A DNA stretch of 64,000 nucleotides, from NCBI GenBank assembly GCA_041183345.1, contig JBEGLX010000001.1:19274-83273 (forward strand), given 5' to 3'. This document shows positions 62,673 through 64,000 of the stretch, one piece after another. The notes below the pieces were generated by a model, which worked only from the letters and a program-made list of their open reading frames with translations, had not been told where the DNA came from and searched no databases. Each line of letters opens with the position of its first letter. Position 1 is the stretch's first letter. The stretch comes from Planctomycetota bacterium (GTDB lineage: Bacteria; Planctomycetota; Phycisphaerae; Phycisphaerales; SM1A02). The position numbers and the translations under genes were made by a program.

Positions 62673-63401
62673 ATGCCGACCACCACTGCCAAGAAGTCCG
62701 CCAAGAAGGCGGCGACGAAGAAGGCCGTCACCAAGAAGCCCACCAAGAAGCCCACCAAGAAGCCCACCAAGAAGCCCACCGAGAAGCAGACGAAGAAGCC
62801 TGCCATCAAGGCTATCGCAAAGGCGCCAGTGAAGAAGGCTGCCGCTAAGACGCCCGCCGCAAAGAAGGCGACCCCGTCGACGCCGGCGATGGCGAAGGCG
62901 GGCGCTGCGCCCACTGCAGGGCTCGTCGCGGTCGGCACGAAGGCACCGGACTTCACGCTGCCCGATGCGGCAGGCAAGCTCGTCACGCTCTCCGCCTTCA
63001 AGGGCAAGCCCGTCGTCCTCTACTTCTATCCGAAGGACGACACGCCGGGCTGCACGCAGGAAGCTTGCGATTTCCGCGACAACCTCGCAGCGTTCCGCAA
63101 GCTCGGCTGCACCGTGCTCGGCGTGAGCCCAGACTCGGTCAGGAGCCACGCGAAGTTCGCCGCCAAGCACAAGCTCACCATCACGCTGCTTGCCGACGAA
63201 CCCGCAGCCGACGGCACGCCGCCGGTGTGCGCGCAGTACGGCATCTGGCAGGAGAAGAGCATGTACGGCCGCGCCTACATGGGCGTGGTGCGCACGACCT
63301 ACGTGATCGGGAAGGACGGCACGGTCGCCCAGCGCTTCGACAAGGTGAGCGTGACAGCCCACGTCGACGATGTGCTCGCGGCCGTGAAGTCGCTCGCGTG
63401 A
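62673..63401 (+). CDS. bcp: Thiol peroxidase Bcp (peroxiredoxin) fused to an approximately 88-aa Lys/Ala/Pro/Thr-rich histone-H1-like N-terminal tail
   Basis: From the ATG at 62673: MPTTTAKKSAKKAATKKAVTKKPTKKPTKKPTKKPTEKQTKKPAIKA... followed by APDFTLPDAAGKLVTLSAFKGKPVVLYFYPKDDTPGCTQEAC (canonical Bcp active site). Confidence 0.85.
   Translation: MPTTTAKKSAKKAATKKAVTKKPTKKPTKKPTKKPTEKQTKKPAIKAIAKAPVKKAAAKTPAAKKATPSTPAMAKAGAAPTAGLVAVGTKAPDFTLPDAAGKLVTLSAFKGKPVVLYFYPKDDTPGCTQEACDFRDNLAAFRKLGCTVLGVSPDSVRSHAKFAAKHKLTITLLADEPAADGTPPVCAQYGIWQEKSMYGRAYMGVVRTTYVIGKDGTVAQRFDKVSVTAHVDDVLAAVKSLA
62729..62788 (+). repeat. 12-bp in-frame tandem repeat CACCAAGAAGCC: 4 perfect copies plus 1 degenerate copy, encoding (TKKP)n
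   Basis: Counted directly: perfect units from 62729 to 62776, degenerate unit to 62788. Confidence 0.9.
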
Positions 63402-63548
63402 GTCTCCTCGGGGAGCGATTCCCGAACGCCTGCAAAGATCGTCGCCTTCGTTGAATCTCCATCGCCGCCGCGCCTTCCATGTGCCCGCGGTCGTGCCTTT
63501 CGCCACACGTGGTGGCTGGGCGCGTGCCGCGGAGCAAGGAGAAGGCAG

Positions 63549-64000
63549 ATGCGAATTGGAAATCAGACAGCGACATTCATCGCCGTGGCAGGCTGCGCCC
63601 TGGCTGCTGCATCCCCGTCATTCGCCAGCTGGACGCTGGGCAACGGCGACACGTTGAACATGGCGGATCTGTTCGCGGCCGGCAGCGACCGGACCGTGTA
63701 CATCAACGACAAGGTGTTCGTGTTCGAATCTGCGTCATCCGCGCACTTCGAGCTCGGCGACGTCACGCTCGCCGGCTTCATCAGCACTCAGCCGGATGAG
63801 AACGGCTATCGCCACGTCGGCTTCGACCTGCTGGGCGGCTTCGGCGACGCGAATCCCGGAGATGGCGTGATCGCCGAGATGAACCTGCAGTACCAGGTGT
63901 CGGTGAACGAGGACGCGTATGCGCGCGGGCTTCGCCTCTGCGATGCGCGCCTGACCTTCAACGGCTCGTGCTTCGGCAGCGGCGCGTTCTCGAGGGTCGA
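63549..64000 (+). CDS. Secreted protein of unknown function, N-terminal fragment (runs off the right edge)
   Basis: My own translation from the ATG at 63549 (preceded by AAGGAGAAGG): MRIGNQTATFIAVAGCALAAASPSFASWTLGNGDTLNMADLF... There is no stop up to position 64000. Third positions are G/C-rich. Absent from the ORF track because no stop lies inside the window. Confidence 0.6.
   Translation, partial: MRIGNQTATFIAVAGCALAAASPSFASWTLGNGDTLNMADLFAAGSDRTVYINDKVFVFESASSAHFELGDVTLAGFISTQPDENGYRHVGFDLLGGFGDANPGDGVIAEMNLQYQVSVNEDAYARGLRLCDARLTFNGSCFGSGAFSRV

Overview
GC-rich bacterial chromosomal window. Third codon positions are mostly G/C, and long spurious antisense ORFs are common. The gene content (DUF1559-like prepilin paralogs, a PEP-CTERM protein, FloA/NfeD, a long T2SS operon) suggests a Planctomycetota, Phycisphaerae-like organism; this is inference only. 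I support about 55 protein-coding genes. I saw no rRNA, tRNA, CRISPR array, transposase or integrase. Main blocks, left to right: (1) a pilT fragment, a LEA-like lipoprotein and a roughly 1390 aa TPR/PQQ-propeller protein; (2) a hyperacidic repeat protein; (3) a type II secretion-like operon on the minus strand (7260-22804: leader gene, gspE-F-G-H-I-J-K, L-like, M-like, C/N-like, gspD), followed by a lipoprotein gene; (4) scoA, a sigma-70 factor and ndk; (5) both subunits of topoisomerase VI; (6) a histidine kinase, csp, pnp and rpsO; (7) an acyl-CoA carboxyltransferase, a PEP-CTERM protein and rdgB; (8) a tightly coupled six-gene NfeD-NfeD-FloA-GT2-flippase-like-YkgJ operon; (9) two prepilin-like paralogs; (10) ridA, a Ser/Thr kinase, maf, lpxK, HU/IHF and dnaB; (11) an ECF sigma module that runs directly into an Opp-like ABC operon with three permeases; (12) a Bcp peroxiredoxin with a lysine-rich tail. 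The most unusual non-genic items are a 54-bp tandem palindrome-bearing repeat array at 37377-37566, a repeat and alternative-hairpin element at 29787-30010, and an 815-bp non-coding region at 45694-46508. All functional calls come from reading motifs by eye. No database search was run.
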